From Patescibacteria group bacterium (lineage in GTDB: Bacteria; Patescibacteriota; Gracilibacteria; UBA4473), in assembly GCA_965660445.1 (NCBI GenBank), contig CBFIAK010000001.1:448001-512000 (forward strand): 64,000 bases of DNA. The letters are read 5' to 3'. Each line of letters starts with the position of its first letter. Positions within the stretch are counted from its first letter, which is position 1. The notes beneath the pieces were generated by a model. It was not told the DNA's origin. It made no database searches and saw only the letters and a list, made by a program, of their open reading frames with translations. Positions 1 through 10,180 of this stretch are shown in pieces. A program made the position numbers and the translations under genes.

Positions 1-415
1 GAACAAAAAATTTGCTCAAAAAATGAGTGGGTTCATCTACACCTTGGTGTTCAAAGTGAATAGGAACGTTGGGAAAGAGTTTTTTCATCCAGAGAAAGAC
101 AATGAACCATAAGAGATAGGCTCGAAACTTAATAGCAAAAAGCCCGCCTCCGGGAAAGATGATAGTATCAATATGTTCTTGTACATCTTTTATTTGTTGG
201 CGATAGATTGGGTTTCTGAGGAATGCATAAAAACTTCGAATACCTGTTGGAACAAAAGGAATGCTTTCTATTTTTTGTTGGCAAAAGGTTTCAGAATTCT
301 TGTGGTTGTGCGTCATAACGACACTATTGGGATGTTTTAAAAGCGCATGAGCGAGAATAAGCTCATCTCCTACATTCATATCTCCAAAGTTTCCCACTAA
401 AAGTGTTTTCTTCAT
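1..415 (-). CDS. Polysaccharide pyruvyl transferase family protein (CsaB/WcaK-like), runs off the window start
   Basis: Manual translation from the ATG at 415: MKKTLLVGNFGDMNVGDELIL...IIFPGGGLF...HQGV; GNxGD and GGGL motifs. Not in the ORF track because it is partial. Confidence 0.75.
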   Translation of the reverse strand, partial: MKKTLLVGNFGDMNVGDELILAHALLKHPNSVVMTHNHKNSETFCQQKIESIPFVPTGIRSFYAFLRNPIYRQQIKDVQEHIDTIIFPGGGLFAIKFRAYLLWFIVFLWMKKLFPNVPIHFEHQGVDEPTHFLSKFFV

Positions 416-465
416 AGATATATCATACTTATATTTATGAATCAGAAAAGAGTGACCGGCTTATT

Positions 466-1104
466 TTAAGACTGAAATTCTTTATTTTTTGGTTCTGGAT
501 GAAATCGGAGTTCTGTTTCAGAAAGGATTATTTTTGAGTTTGATTTATAGTAATCAGGATTAATATGAATTTTTATTTTCTGAATTGTTTTGAGTATCCA
601 TTCTAAAAAAAGTATGAGTTTTTGTCTGTTCTGTGAGTATTGTATTGGTTTTGGTTTTTTTTGTAATACCGTTTTTGGAAAACTTTGTCCAAAACATTGT
701 ATCCATTGTTGGTTGGTCTGTGCAAATTGAGGGAAAATATTATCGGGGTCATACAGAGGAATATTGTGTGAAAACAGGTGTGCGGCATACGCATCTTTTT
801 CTTGTATTTCAAGGTTGTCTTCGGATATAAAATGATTAGGACATATTTTTTCAGCGTGATGAGTAGGGGTCGCTATTTCTTTTTTCCATTTTAAATACAG
901 AAATACAAAAAATCGAGCCGTCCAGATTTGGTTTTTTTGGGCAATGAAAAAAAAGTCGATATCCGACTTTTTAGTAGCTCTTCCTTGAGCAATTGATCCA
1001 GAAAGAAATATTGCCTTCACACCCATAAAACGACCGAGTTTTTCTGCCATTCTTTCAGCTTTTTGATTCAGTTTCTTTAGATGACGAGGGTGTTTTTTTA
1101 TCAT
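466..1104 (-). CDS. Nucleotidyltransferase-domain protein (Pol-beta superfamily)
   Basis: GSIAQGRATKKSDIDFF matches GSxxxG...SDxD. Confidence 0.75.
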   Translation of the reverse strand: MIKKHPRHLKKLNQKAERMAEKLGRFMGVKAIFLSGSIAQGRATKKSDIDFFFIAQKNQIWTARFFVFLYLKWKKEIATPTHHAEKICPNHFISEDNLEIQEKDAYAAHLFSHNIPLYDPDNIFPQFAQTNQQWIQCFGQSFPKTVLQKKPKPIQYSQNRQKLILFLEWILKTIQKIKIHINPDYYKSNSKIILSETELRFHPEPKNKEFQS

Positions 1105-1148
1105 CTATTTGTATCATAACAAAAAAAGTAAAAAAAAGTATATTCTTT

Positions 1149-1955
1149 TTAAAGGAGTGGGAGGAGCGTTGTATCCCAAGGGAATGCCTGTATTTCTGGT
1201 TCAGGTTTGTGTGTTTGAAACTCTTCACTATCGAATACTATATTTTTCATGTAGGCATATTTTTGTTGCAGGATAAAAGAATGTTTCATCTGACTTCTGA
1301 ATTTTTCACCATGGAATCGATAGAAAAGATATGTTTCAGCAAAATCTTCAAAAGGGTTTGTTTGGGCGTATCCAGAAACAAAATGAGTCGTATCATTATT
1401 TTTCTTTTCAGTGCTTGATTTCCATGAAATTCTATAAAATCCAAGACTTGGATCATCTTGAGCAATGAATGATGTTCGTGTTGAGAACTCAGAATCTTTA
1501 TTTGATGTGCCTTTTAGGAGTCCAAGGTCAACAATATGTCCCATTTCATGAGTTATAACTGAAATAAGCTCATGGTTGTCATCAATAGATTGCGTATGGA
1601 GAATCATTTTTTTATCATTGGCAAGTCCTCGTGATTGATGTTTGAAATTTCGAACCTCTATTTCTTCTAATGCATTTATATGAGATTGTGGAAGTGTCTC
1701 AAGAAGCCATCGAATATGTCTTTTTATATGGAGTATTTCTGTTCGGTCTTCTTGGGTATTTTTAAATTTAGAAGCAGAAAAATGTCCATTCCAAATTGGT
1801 TTTTGTTGTAAAGAAGGGATGAAATTTGTTTTATCTGTATTTATTGGTTGTGGCTTTGTGTTGTGAATAATACGTGCTGACGATGCAGAAGAATGCATCA
1901 CATCACTGTGTGATGGGAAAAAAGAAAATACAAATAAAAGAAAAAATACAAACAT
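1149..1955 (-). CDS. Secreted zinc metallopeptidase-like protein (HExxH), paralogue A
   Basis: Hydrophobic N-terminus; THEMGHIVD and SGYAQTNPFEDFAE. Confidence 0.7.
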   Translation of the reverse strand: MFVFFLLFVFSFFPSHSDVMHSSASSARIIHNTKPQPINTDKTNFIPSLQQKPIWNGHFSASKFKNTQEDRTEILHIKRHIRWLLETLPQSHINALEEIEVRNFKHQSRGLANDKKMILHTQSIDDNHELISVITHEMGHIVDLGLLKGTSNKDSEFSTRTSFIAQDDPSLGFYRISWKSSTEKKNNDTTHFVSGYAQTNPFEDFAETYLFYRFHGEKFRSQMKHSFILQQKYAYMKNIVFDSEEFQTHKPEPEIQAFPWDTTLLPLL

Positions 1956-2134
1956 GAATAAACCTATAAAAAAAGGAATTGGTTTGGTGTTTGTGTTTTT
2001 TTGTCTTTATTTTAATAAAATATTAAGAATAAAAAGTCAAGCACTCTTTGCGTGTTTTTGAGTCTTTCTTTTGATTGAAAAAATATTTTTTTTGTGCTAT
2101 AATGCACTGAATTACTTTTTTAATTTTTCCTTCC

Positions 2135-2851
2135 ATGTCAACAATTCAAGACCATATGCCCAAATCTGAGAAAGCCCGTATTTTGCATGAAAATCAGATG
2201 CAAAACGTCAGTTCGCATAGAGAATTTCAAAAAGATCGTTTTCGAGTTGCTATTTTTGGTTCTGCTCGTATTCGTCCGAATGATGCGATTTTTGAAGAGG
2301 TTATGCATTTAGCAAGAGATATTGCAAAAAAAGATATTGATGTTGTTACTGGTGGAGGTCCTGGAATTATGGAAGCGGCAAATATTGGTCATCAGATGGG
2401 AAGTAATGGAAAATCAGAATCAATAGGATTAACCATTCAGTTACCATGGGAAAACGAGGGAAATCATCATCTTGATAAGCAACAGCATTTTCAAAAATTT
2501 TCAAACAGACTCGAGACATTTATGGATTTATCAAATGTTATTGTGGTTATGCCCGGAGGAATTGGAACGTGTTTGGAATTATTTTATGCATGGCAATTGA
2601 TGCAAGTGCGTCATATTTGTTCGGTTCCTATTATTGTATACGGAAAAATGTGGCATGAGCTTGTAGAATGGGTAAAAAAGTATCCTTTGAAGGATAAATT
2701 GATAAGTCCAGAAGATATGTACAATATTTTCTGTGTTGAGAGTGAAGAAGAAATTATGAAAATTGTAAACTATCAATTTGATACGTATCAAAACAATGGA
2801 CCAGAATATTGTTTAGATAATAAGGCCTATAAAGATATTCATATTCTCTAA
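2135..2851 (+). CDS. LOG family protein (nucleotide phosphoribohydrolase-like)
   Basis: IFGSAR, TGGGPGIMEAAN and PGGIGTCLEL motifs. Confidence 0.9.
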   Translation: MSTIQDHMPKSEKARILHENQMQNVSSHREFQKDRFRVAIFGSARIRPNDAIFEEVMHLARDIAKKDIDVVTGGGPGIMEAANIGHQMGSNGKSESIGLTIQLPWENEGNHHLDKQQHFQKFSNRLETFMDLSNVIVVMPGGIGTCLELFYAWQLMQVRHICSVPIIVYGKMWHELVEWVKKYPLKDKLISPEDMYNIFCVESEEEIMKIVNYQFDTYQNNGPEYCLDNKAYKDIHIL

Positions 2852-3501
2852 TGCTTCTGCATCGCATTTCTGTTTTTCAAAATCAAAGAGATTCTCGGTT
2901 TTTGTACCGAGAATCTTTTGATAATCATGAACAATTTCCATCTGAACCAGAAAAAGACGAAAAGAAAGAACAAAAAGAATATAATGCTGAGGATATTCAC
3001 GAACATATCGATCGTATTCGTACACAAGAAGAACAAGAGAAACAAAAAGAATCCACTCTAAACGAAGACGATGTATTTGATGGATTGTATAAAAAAATTG
3101 AACAAAAAGAATCACATCAATTGTTTGAATATATCTCACAAGGAAGGATAGAAGATTTGTCACAGCATTTAGAAGCTATTTTTCAAACGAGAGAGACAAC
3201 ACTTGATATTCATCAATACGATGCATTGTGTCAATCTCTGCAACAGCGATATGCACTTGATTTTCAAAAGGTGCGAGATGTTGTACCTATGGGGAAAGAA
3301 AAGGCCATTCGTTTAGTGCTTGAGGTATCAGATGAATCGATTGAAAAAGGATACCGCGAAGAGTCTCTTGTGGTCTATGAGGGCTCTGAAAAAGCCATAC
3401 GAGAGATATTAGAGAGTAATGCAAAAACGTATCGTGAAGGAAGTGAAAGAGGCGAAGATATGTTATATGAAGGAGAAGACGATCGATATTTTATTGTTTA
3501 A
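2851..3501 (+). CDS. Hypothetical acidic protein
   Basis: 216-aa ORF whose ATG overlaps the LOG stop (TAATG). Confidence 0.6.
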   Translation: MLLHRISVFQNQRDSRFLYRESFDNHEQFPSEPEKDEKKEQKEYNAEDIHEHIDRIRTQEEQEKQKESTLNEDDVFDGLYKKIEQKESHQLFEYISQGRIEDLSQHLEAIFQTRETTLDIHQYDALCQSLQQRYALDFQKVRDVVPMGKEKAIRLVLEVSDESIEKGYREESLVVYEGSEKAIREILESNAKTYREGSERGEDMLYEGEDDRYFIV

Positions 3502-4403
3502 CTATTGTTTTTAAATCTTGAGAGCAGAAGGTCTCGCAGTGAAAGCCCGGTTCGTCGTACTCGAGTTCTTCCAAAAACTCTACGTCGATCATCTTTATCC
3601 TCTGCATATATAACGAGTTTATTGAGGTCAAATGGAAGAAGTGTTGTATCAGATATGATTTTGGGGTAGTTGAATGCTGAATAAAAATCAAAGATCATGT
3701 CTTGAAATAATCGTGATTTTATAAAATTATATTTTGCCATGAGTACAGGGTTTTCTGTAGCGTATTCAAAAAATCGATTTCCATGGAGCACGAAGAAGTT
3801 ATACGTTTCTGCAAAGTCTTCAAATGGGTTTGATTGAGCGTATTCAGAAACAAAATGAATATGAGGAAATGATTTACTGTTATTGCTGTTATGCCAAGAG
3901 AGATTATAAAACTCAATACTTGGATCATGCGATTCAATCATTGATCGGTTTGGGTAGTAAAATTCGGTTGTTTTATTTTGCGGTAGGTGCGGGGAATGGG
4001 TGAGATACCCAAGATCTGTGACATGCCCAATTTCATGAATAAATACCGAAACAAATTCTTCATCGGAATCTATATTGTCGGTATTTATAATAAGATGATC
4101 TTGTTTTGCCATACCTCGAGGAAGGGTCGTTGAGTAAGGATTATAATCTATTTTGAGTAAGTTTTGGTAGTGCTCTCTTGGGATTATATCGAGCACTTGT
4201 GCCATGAGTTTTATTCGTGGGTTTTCATGATCTTCTTTAAATATATCTTGGAGTTGCAATCGAAGCATTTTTTGTCGATGTGTTGCGGCTAATGTATCAA
4301 GGTGAGGAAAAAAACACTGGGCAAGAAAAAACAAAATTAACCACAGACTACAGAGTCGGTAAAGTGTGTGAAGAAATCCTGTTTTCCACGAAAAAATATA
4401 CAT
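3498..4403 (-). CDS. Membrane-anchored or secreted zinc metallopeptidase-like protein, paralogue B
   Basis: IHEIGHVTD and SEYAQSNPFEDFAE; visibly similar to 1149-1955. Confidence 0.7.
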   Translation of the reverse strand: MYIFSWKTGFLHTLYRLCSLWLILFFLAQCFFPHLDTLAATHRQKMLRLQLQDIFKEDHENPRIKLMAQVLDIIPREHYQNLLKIDYNPYSTTLPRGMAKQDHLIINTDNIDSDEEFVSVFIHEIGHVTDLGYLTHSPHLPQNKTTEFYYPNRSMIESHDPSIEFYNLSWHNSNNSKSFPHIHFVSEYAQSNPFEDFAETYNFFVLHGNRFFEYATENPVLMAKYNFIKSRLFQDMIFDFYSAFNYPKIISDTTLLPFDLNKLVIYAEDKDDRRRVFGRTRVRRTGLSLRDLLLSRFKNNS

Positions 4404-4427
4404 CGTGTTATTATACCATAAATATAT

Positions 4428-4460
4428 AAAAAAACCAAGGTTGAGTCCTTGGTTTTTTTT
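4428..4460. terminator. Intrinsic terminator downstream of groEL
   Basis: A-tract, CCAAGG-ttgagt-CCTTGG, T-tract. Confidence 0.8.
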
Positions 4461-4488
4461 GTTTGTATAACGTGTGTGATATGTATTT

Positions 4489-6141
4489 TTACATCATACC
4501 TCCCATACCGCCCATTCCACCCATACCAGGGTGTGCATGAGCAGAATCTGCTTCTTCTTTTTTTGGAATTTCTGAAATAGCAGCTTCTGTGGTCAGGAAT
4601 ACTCCTGCGATTGAAGCAGCGTTTTCAAGAGCTGATCGAGTTACTTTCTTCGGATCAATGATACCCGCTTTGAGCATGTCCATATATTCTCCAGTAGCGG
4701 CATTGAATCCAAAATGAATATCTTTTTGAGCAAGAATTGTATTCACTACAACAGATCCCTCATAGCCTGCATTTTCTGCGATTTGTCGTACGGGTGATTC
4801 AAGTGCTTTTTGGACAATACGCACCCCAACCATTTCTTCTTCGTTTTTAAGCGTAATAGCTTTGAGTTTTTCGGCGAGTCGTAAAAGAGCAACTCCACCA
4901 CCAGATACTATCCCTTCAAGTGATGCAGCTTTTGTTGCCAAAACAGCATCTTCTATACGGTGTTTTTTCTCGTGAAGTTCTACTTCTGTAGCAGCTCCTA
5001 CTTTAATAACAGCGACTCCGCCACCAAGTTTGGCTCTGCGTTCAGCAAGTTTTTCTCGATCATAGTCAGATTTTGAGTTATCGATTTCTCGTTCAATTTC
5101 GACAATTCGTCGTTTAATGTCTTCAGAGGATCCACCTCCATCAACGACCGTTGTTGAATCTTTCGTAGAAATAACTTTTTTTGCTTTTCCTAAATCATCA
5201 AGTGTTGCATTTTCAAGTTTGAGTCCGATATCTTCACTAATAACAGTTCCACCAGTAAGGATAGCAATATCTTGAAGCATTGCTTTTCGACGTTCTCCAA
5301 ACCCAGGGGCTTTTACTCCTAATACATTGAAAGTTCCTCGAAGTTTATTCACAATAAGGGTTGCAAGTGCTTCAGATTCAATATCTTCAGCAATAATAAC
5401 CAGGTTTTTTTGTCCTGATTGAGCCACTTGTTCAAGGAGTGGGAGAATGTTTTGGATAGACGATATTTTTTTATCAGTGATAAGAATCTTTGCATCCTCA
5501 ACAATTGATGACATGTTTTCAGGGTTACTAACCATGTAAGGCGAAAGATACCCATTATCAAACTGCATTCCTTCAACAATATCTTTTTCGAGTCCGAGGG
5601 TTTGACCTTCTTCAACGGTGACGACTCCGTCGGCACCTACCTGTGCGAATACTTCCGCAATAATTTTCCCAACTTCTTCACTTTGTGCGGAAATAGTAGC
5701 GACTTGTTCCATTTTTTCATTTGAATCAATTGGTTCAGCAATATTTGCAAGTTCATTGGTAATAAACTCAGTTGCTATTCGGATTCCTTTTTGTATTGCG
5801 ATAGGATTCGCTCCTGCAGCTACGTTTTTAAGTCCTTCTTGGATAATAGCATCAGCAAGGACTGTTGCTGTTGTGGTTCCGTCTCCCGCGAGATCGTTTG
5901 TTTTTGTAGCCACTTCTTTTGCGAGTTGTGCTCCCATATTTTCATATCGGTCTTCAAACTCTATTTCTTTTGCAATAGTAACTCCATCGTTGACAACCGT
6001 TGGAGCTCCATAGCTTTTTTCGAGAATTACATTGCGTCCTTTTGGCCCCATAGTAACGCGTACAGCCTGTGCGAGCTTGTGGACTCCGTCAGCAATGCGT
6101 GATCGGGCTTCGTTTCCGTAAATTATGTTTTTTGCAGTCAT
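4489..6141 (-). CDS. groL: Chaperonin GroEL
   Basis: [18 protein letters not shown] and C-terminal GGM repeats. Confidence 0.99.
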   Translation of the reverse strand: MTAKNIIYGNEARSRIADGVHKLAQAVRVTMGPKGRNVILEKSYGAPTVVNDGVTIAKEIEFEDRYENMGAQLAKEVATKTNDLAGDGTTTATVLADAIIQEGLKNVAAGANPIAIQKGIRIATEFITNELANIAEPIDSNEKMEQVATISAQSEEVGKIIAEVFAQVGADGVVTVEEGQTLGLEKDIVEGMQFDNGYLSPYMVSNPENMSSIVEDAKILITDKKISSIQNILPLLEQVAQSGQKNLVIIAEDIESEALATLIVNKLRGTFNVLGVKAPGFGERRKAMLQDIAILTGGTVISEDIGLKLENATLDDLGKAKKVISTKDSTTVVDGGGSSEDIKRRIVEIEREIDNSKSDYDREKLAERRAKLGGGVAVIKVGAATEVELHEKKHRIEDAVLATKAASLEGIVSGGGVALLRLAEKLKAITLKNEEEMVGVRIVQKALESPVRQIAENAGYEGSVVVNTILAQKDIHFGFNAATGEYMDMLKAGIIDPKKVTRSALENAASIAGVFLTTEAAISEIPKKEEADSAHAHPGMGGMGGMGGMM

Positions 6142-6178
6142 GTTAAATATAAGAGGTTAAAAAATACGAACAAAAAAA

Positions 6179-6475
6179 TTATTCAATAATGGCGAGTACA
6201 CTATCAGATCCCATAACATACATATCTTCTCCATCAATTTTAATTTCTGTTGGAGCATATCGAGAAAAAATCACCGTATCCCCAACGTTCATATCCATTG
6301 GAGATCTTTTTCCGTCTTTATCGATTTTACCGGGGCCAATCGCCACGACTTCTCCTTTCATAGGTTTTTCTTTAGAAGCGGTATCAGGGATTATGATACC
6401 CGATTGTGTTTTTTGTTCTTCTTCAAGTGGACGAACGATAACATTATCTTGAAGTGGTTTGAGCTTTTGTTTCAT
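6179..6475 (-). CDS. groS: Co-chaperonin GroES (start refined to MKQKLKPL)
   Basis: LKPLQDNVIV...SGIIIPDTASKEKP...GEVVAIGPG. Confidence 0.98.
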   Translation of the reverse strand: MKQKLKPLQDNVIVRPLEEEQKTQSGIIIPDTASKEKPMKGEVVAIGPGKIDKDGKRSPMDMNVGDTVIFSRYAPTEIKIDGEDMYVMGSDSVLAIIE

Positions 6476-6513
6476 GATATTTTTGAGAATTAAGAAATAA
6501 ATCGTCCCCGATA

Positions 6514-6540
6514 TTAGCACTCAAGCGGTCAGAGTGTCAA
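6514..6540 (-). promoter_or_regulatory. CIRCE (HrcA operator) overlapping the groESL promoter
   Basis: + strand TTAGCACTC-N9-GAGTGTCAA versus consensus TTAGCACTC-N9-GAGTGCTAA. Confidence 0.9.
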
Positions 6541-6619
6541 GTCTTTTTAAAGAAACACTGGTTGTATTTTTTATGTTTTGTTGTATACAATCCTTGAAAA
6601 ATTTTTCGATATATTTTTT

Positions 6620-6892
6620 ATGAGACGATTTGAACAAAAAGAAAAACAGGAATTACTCAAGACCGCAGTGGTGAGTTTTTTATATGAGATAAAAGAAAAG
6701 AGTCCTTATCTAGCTACTCGGGCTTTATTGAATATTCGTGAAGAAAACGAAAAAGGAGAACAATTAATACAAGACCATGTTCAAAAAACAAAAGATAGGG
6801 TTCGGCGTCTTGTTGGGGAGTGTGATGTTGACGAATGGTTAACTCCTCAAGCGTATAAAGTGTTTATAAAGAATAATAAACGATTCTTTTAG
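6620..6892 (+). CDS. Hypothetical protein
   Basis: ORF from ATG 6620, divergent from groES. Confidence 0.55.
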   Translation: MRRFEQKEKQELLKTAVVSFLYEIKEKSPYLATRALLNIREENEKGEQLIQDHVQKTKDRVRRLVGECDVDEWLTPQAYKVFIKNNKRFF

Positions 6893-8313
6893 TGAAGAAT
6901 CCTCCAGCGATCGAGTTTGTTTTTGATTGATTGGTTGATGCGTTTTCCAAAACCAAGGCAGTGATCTTGTGTTCGAATAAGAACCTGTTCAGGATGTGTT
7001 ATGTTGTTTTGTGAATGAGCTTCGACTGTGTATCCATAGAGAAATCGGGTTCCTTCTTCGGGAGAAACGATGATTGTGTTTTTCTGGCTTTGTTTTCCAA
7101 AATGAATGGCAAAGTGATTGGTTATGATCCCTTTTTCGAGAAGAGGAAGGCCGACAAATTCTGCTTTTATACGTTTTAGAAGCCATGAAATATCTGGTGC
7201 AGCAAGAATAAACGTTTCGTTGTATTCCAATATGCTCTGTGAGCCAAAAAGTGTTCGATCAATTCCAAATGTTTTTGAGAGAAAAGATATAATTTCTGCT
7301 CGTTGATTTTTTTTGAGTTTTTGGTATGGAGAAGAAGGGATATCGGGTGGTGTAAATGAACGTTGTGTTAGTTCTTTTTTGCGAATTCGAGCAATAAAAA
7401 AGAATTCAGAATCCCATTCTGTATTGCGTAAATGGGGATAGAATCTATACGTGAGAGATGCTGTTTTATTTGTACAAATTTCTTGTTCTTCAAAGGTGTG
7501 TATCCCATTCGTATGTGGTATATTGGCAAGTGTTATAGGAATGAGTTCAGCTTCTGGGTAGGTATCGAGAAGAAATTGTACAATCATTTCGTTTTCTTCG
7601 GGGGCTCCTGTGCAGGTTGAGTAGATCATTTCTCCTCCAAGGTTGAGCATTTCAAAGGCACTTGTGATAAGTTTTTTTTGTAGTTGTGCACAGAATGTGA
7701 TGTTTTTTTCTTTCCAGAGGGTGCGATAGAAATTTTTATCTTTCCGTCCAAATCCATCTCCACTACACGGCGCATCAAGAAGGATTCGGTCAAATTCTTC
7801 ACCAAAAAAATCTGGAAGTTGTGTCGCATCATATTGTGTAATAATGGTATTGTGCACCCCCATTCGTAGAATGTTTTGTTGAAGTGCGGGAATACGAGCT
7901 CTTTTTATTTCATTTGCAATGAGAACTCCAGTATTTTCCATTTTATCAGCAATAAAAGTGGTCTTTGATCCTGGTGAAGCGCACATATCAAGAATTTTTT
8001 CATTGGGTTTTGGGTCAAGGCACTCAACCGCCAAAAGAGAGCTCAAGCTTGAAGAATACCATTCGCCACAAAAATGAGGAATGGTTTTTCCGATGGGAGT
8101 GGGGCTATTGTAGAAGAATGCGTTTTGAATACTGGTTTTTTTGAGTTCAAAATTATTGTTCTTGGTTATATTTATTATTCTTATTGTTTTTGGGAGGGGG
8201 TCGGTGCAGTGTTCTAAAAAGGTATCCCATTCGGTATGAGGGATTATAGATTTCATTCGTTCAATCCATCGAGGGGGGAATTTTTCTGTTGATTTTTTAT
8301 AAGAATTCTTCAT
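6889..8313 (-). CDS. rsmF: RsmF/RsmB (NOL1/NOP2/Sun) RNA m5C methyltransferase
   Basis: LDMCASPGSKT, ILLDAPCSG and YSTCT..PEENE; start refined to avoid overlap with rlmD. Confidence 0.85.
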   Translation of the reverse strand: MKNSYKKSTEKFPPRWIERMKSIIPHTEWDTFLEHCTDPLPKTIRIINITKNNNFELKKTSIQNAFFYNSPTPIGKTIPHFCGEWYSSSLSSLLAVECLDPKPNEKILDMCASPGSKTTFIADKMENTGVLIANEIKRARIPALQQNILRMGVHNTIITQYDATQLPDFFGEEFDRILLDAPCSGDGFGRKDKNFYRTLWKEKNITFCAQLQKKLITSAFEMLNLGGEMIYSTCTGAPEENEMIVQFLLDTYPEAELIPITLANIPHTNGIHTFEEQEICTNKTASLTYRFYPHLRNTEWDSEFFFIARIRKKELTQRSFTPPDIPSSPYQKLKKNQRAEIISFLSKTFGIDRTLFGSQSILEYNETFILAAPDISWLLKRIKAEFVGLPLLEKGIITNHFAIHFGKQSQKNTIIVSPEEGTRFLYGYTVEAHSQNNITHPEQVLIRTQDHCLGFGKRINQSIKNKLDRWRILH

Positions 8314-8362
8314 TGTGTTGTGGTTAAAATAAGTGTTTCTTTCTTTTTTGCAATAGGTACTC

Positions 8363-9808
8363 ATGTCATCTGATACACATTCACGCAGTTCATCGATTGT
8401 TTCCATTGAAAAAATGGTTTTTGAGGGGAAGGGGTTGGCTCATAATGATCAAGGGCAGGTTGTTTTTACGCCAAAAGTTTTACCAGGGGAGAAAGTACAG
8501 TATCAAGAGTTGTCTCGTAAAAGAGGGGTTATACAGGGATGGCCTTTGGAAATTTCTGATAAAAGTGAAAAACGAATTGAACCGATATGCCCTTATTTTT
8601 CGGTGTGTGGTGGGTGTGTGTTTCAGCATACGAGTTATGAAAATCAGATACATTACAAAATGGAGAGTGTTCGAGAATCGTTTCATAGGATTGCAAAGTT
8701 GTCTTATGAAGAGATAGTAAAAAAAGAAAAACCAGTTTATCAAGCACAAAAAAAAGAACATTATCGAAACAAAACAGAGTTTTCTTTTTCTCAAGATGAA
8801 GAAGGGGTGCATGTTGGGTTTCATGATCCGGTGTGTCGATCGAAAGTATTAGACCATGAAAGTTGTTTGCTTCATTCTCCAAATGCTCAAAAGGCGTTTG
8901 AATGTGTTCAAACGCTTGTGAAAGATACAGTGCTTGATGTATATGATTTATACAGAAATCGAAATGGGTTTTTGTTTTCTATTACGTTTCGAACAAATAT
9001 CGATGATCATGTTTTAGTAGTTGTGAATACGAATAATGAAGATTTTCATGAAAAAGAAAAAGAACGGTGGGTTGCATCGTTTCAATCTGCACTAGGTGAG
9101 GCTCTTCATGGAATAGTTCAGGTCAAGAAAGATCGTCAATATACAGCCTCTGAATCGGTTGTGGTTGTGCTTTTTGGGGAATCATTCTTAATTGATAGGG
9201 TTTGTGATTTATCGTTTGAAATTGGGGCTTTGAGTTTTTTTCAAGTGAATCGAGATATGGCGACTGTTTTAGCGCGAGAAGTCCAATTACTGGCTTCTTC
9301 ATTAGGATGGAAAAAGACTGTGTTGGATTTGTGTTGTGGAAATGGGTTTCTAGGTATGGTGTTTGCTCATCAAGTAGAAAATGTTATCGGTATTGAGATA
9401 AATCCTCATTCTGTGGAAGAAGGGGCTCGAAATGCTATTCGAAACGGAATATCAAACTATACGTTTTATGCTGGTGATGCTCGGAAAGTATTATTTGATT
9501 TAAAAGAAGAAGGGGTTGCGTTTCAAGGACTCGTTATTGATCCTCCCAGAGGCGGGTTAGGGCGAAAAACGGCAAAAATGGTAGCGAAAGTGCAAGCGGA
9601 TTCTTTTGTATATGTATCATGTAACCCAACAACATTGGCTCGTGATATTGAGTATTTTTCAATTTGTGGATACCGATTGAAAAGTTTTCAGTGTTTTGAC
9701 TTGTTTCCTCATACCTACCATATTGAAACAATTGCTGTTTTCGAGCGAGAATATGAGTATGAAGATGCAAAAGCACGATGGATTGCATCTGGAAATGAGT
9801 GGAAATAA
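8363..9808 (+). CDS. rlmD: 23S rRNA (uracil-C5)-methyltransferase RlmD
   Basis: TRAM-like N-terminus, CPYFSVCGGC Fe-S motif, SFFQVN, DPPRGGL, YVSCNPTTLARD, DLFPHTYHIE. Confidence 0.95.
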   Translation: MSSDTHSRSSSIVSIEKMVFEGKGLAHNDQGQVVFTPKVLPGEKVQYQELSRKRGVIQGWPLEISDKSEKRIEPICPYFSVCGGCVFQHTSYENQIHYKMESVRESFHRIAKLSYEEIVKKEKPVYQAQKKEHYRNKTEFSFSQDEEGVHVGFHDPVCRSKVLDHESCLLHSPNAQKAFECVQTLVKDTVLDVYDLYRNRNGFLFSITFRTNIDDHVLVVVNTNNEDFHEKEKERWVASFQSALGEALHGIVQVKKDRQYTASESVVVVLFGESFLIDRVCDLSFEIGALSFFQVNRDMATVLAREVQLLASSLGWKKTVLDLCCGNGFLGMVFAHQVENVIGIEINPHSVEEGARNAIRNGISNYTFYAGDARKVLFDLKEEGVAFQGLVIDPPRGGLGRKTAKMVAKVQADSFVYVSCNPTTLARDIEYFSICGYRLKSFQCFDLFPHTYHIETIAVFEREYEYEDAKARWIASGNEWK

Positions 9809-9812
9809 GTGA

Positions 9813-10169
9813 TTATTTTTCGCTCAGTACATTGTGTACTTTTCTGTTTATAGTTTCACATATTTCCGATAGACGATGGATCATATGGGGGTACCCAGCT
9901 TCTAAGTTTTTGAGCACGTTATTGAGTTTGTCAAAATGAATAACTGGTGTGTGAGGATTAAACGTAATATCATTGCTATGAATGATATACAAGAGGTGTT
10001 CAATATCACAAAATTCATTTGTACTAACATTGATATGGTTGTTGCGATGAAACCAGTTCATTTTTTTTAAAAAATCTTCCATGTGAGAAGTAATTTCAGG
10101 ATCTTTTAAATAAGTGTTCTGAAAATCAGCGTCTGAAAAGGTAAAGAATTCGTTCTGCGGGGTGTTCAT
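9813..10169 (-). CDS. Hypothetical protein
   Basis: 118-aa ORF 11 nt downstream of the deaminase-like gene. Confidence 0.55.
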   Translation of the reverse strand: MNTPQNEFFTFSDADFQNTYLKDPEITSHMEDFLKKMNWFHRNNHINVSTNEFCDIEHLLYIIHSNDITFNPHTPVIHFDKLNNVLKNLEAGYPHMIHRLSEICETINRKVHNVLSEK

Positions 10170-10180
10170 AAAAAGAGTAT

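Noticed and set aside
466-1104. MNT-HEPN toxin-antitoxin pair
   Set aside because: No adjacent HEPN gene; the protein is longer than a minimal MNT and sits next to a polysaccharide gene.
5349-6452. Overlapping ORFs within groEL/groES
   Set aside because: Antisense or alternate-frame shadows of conserved genes, as are most short track ORFs.
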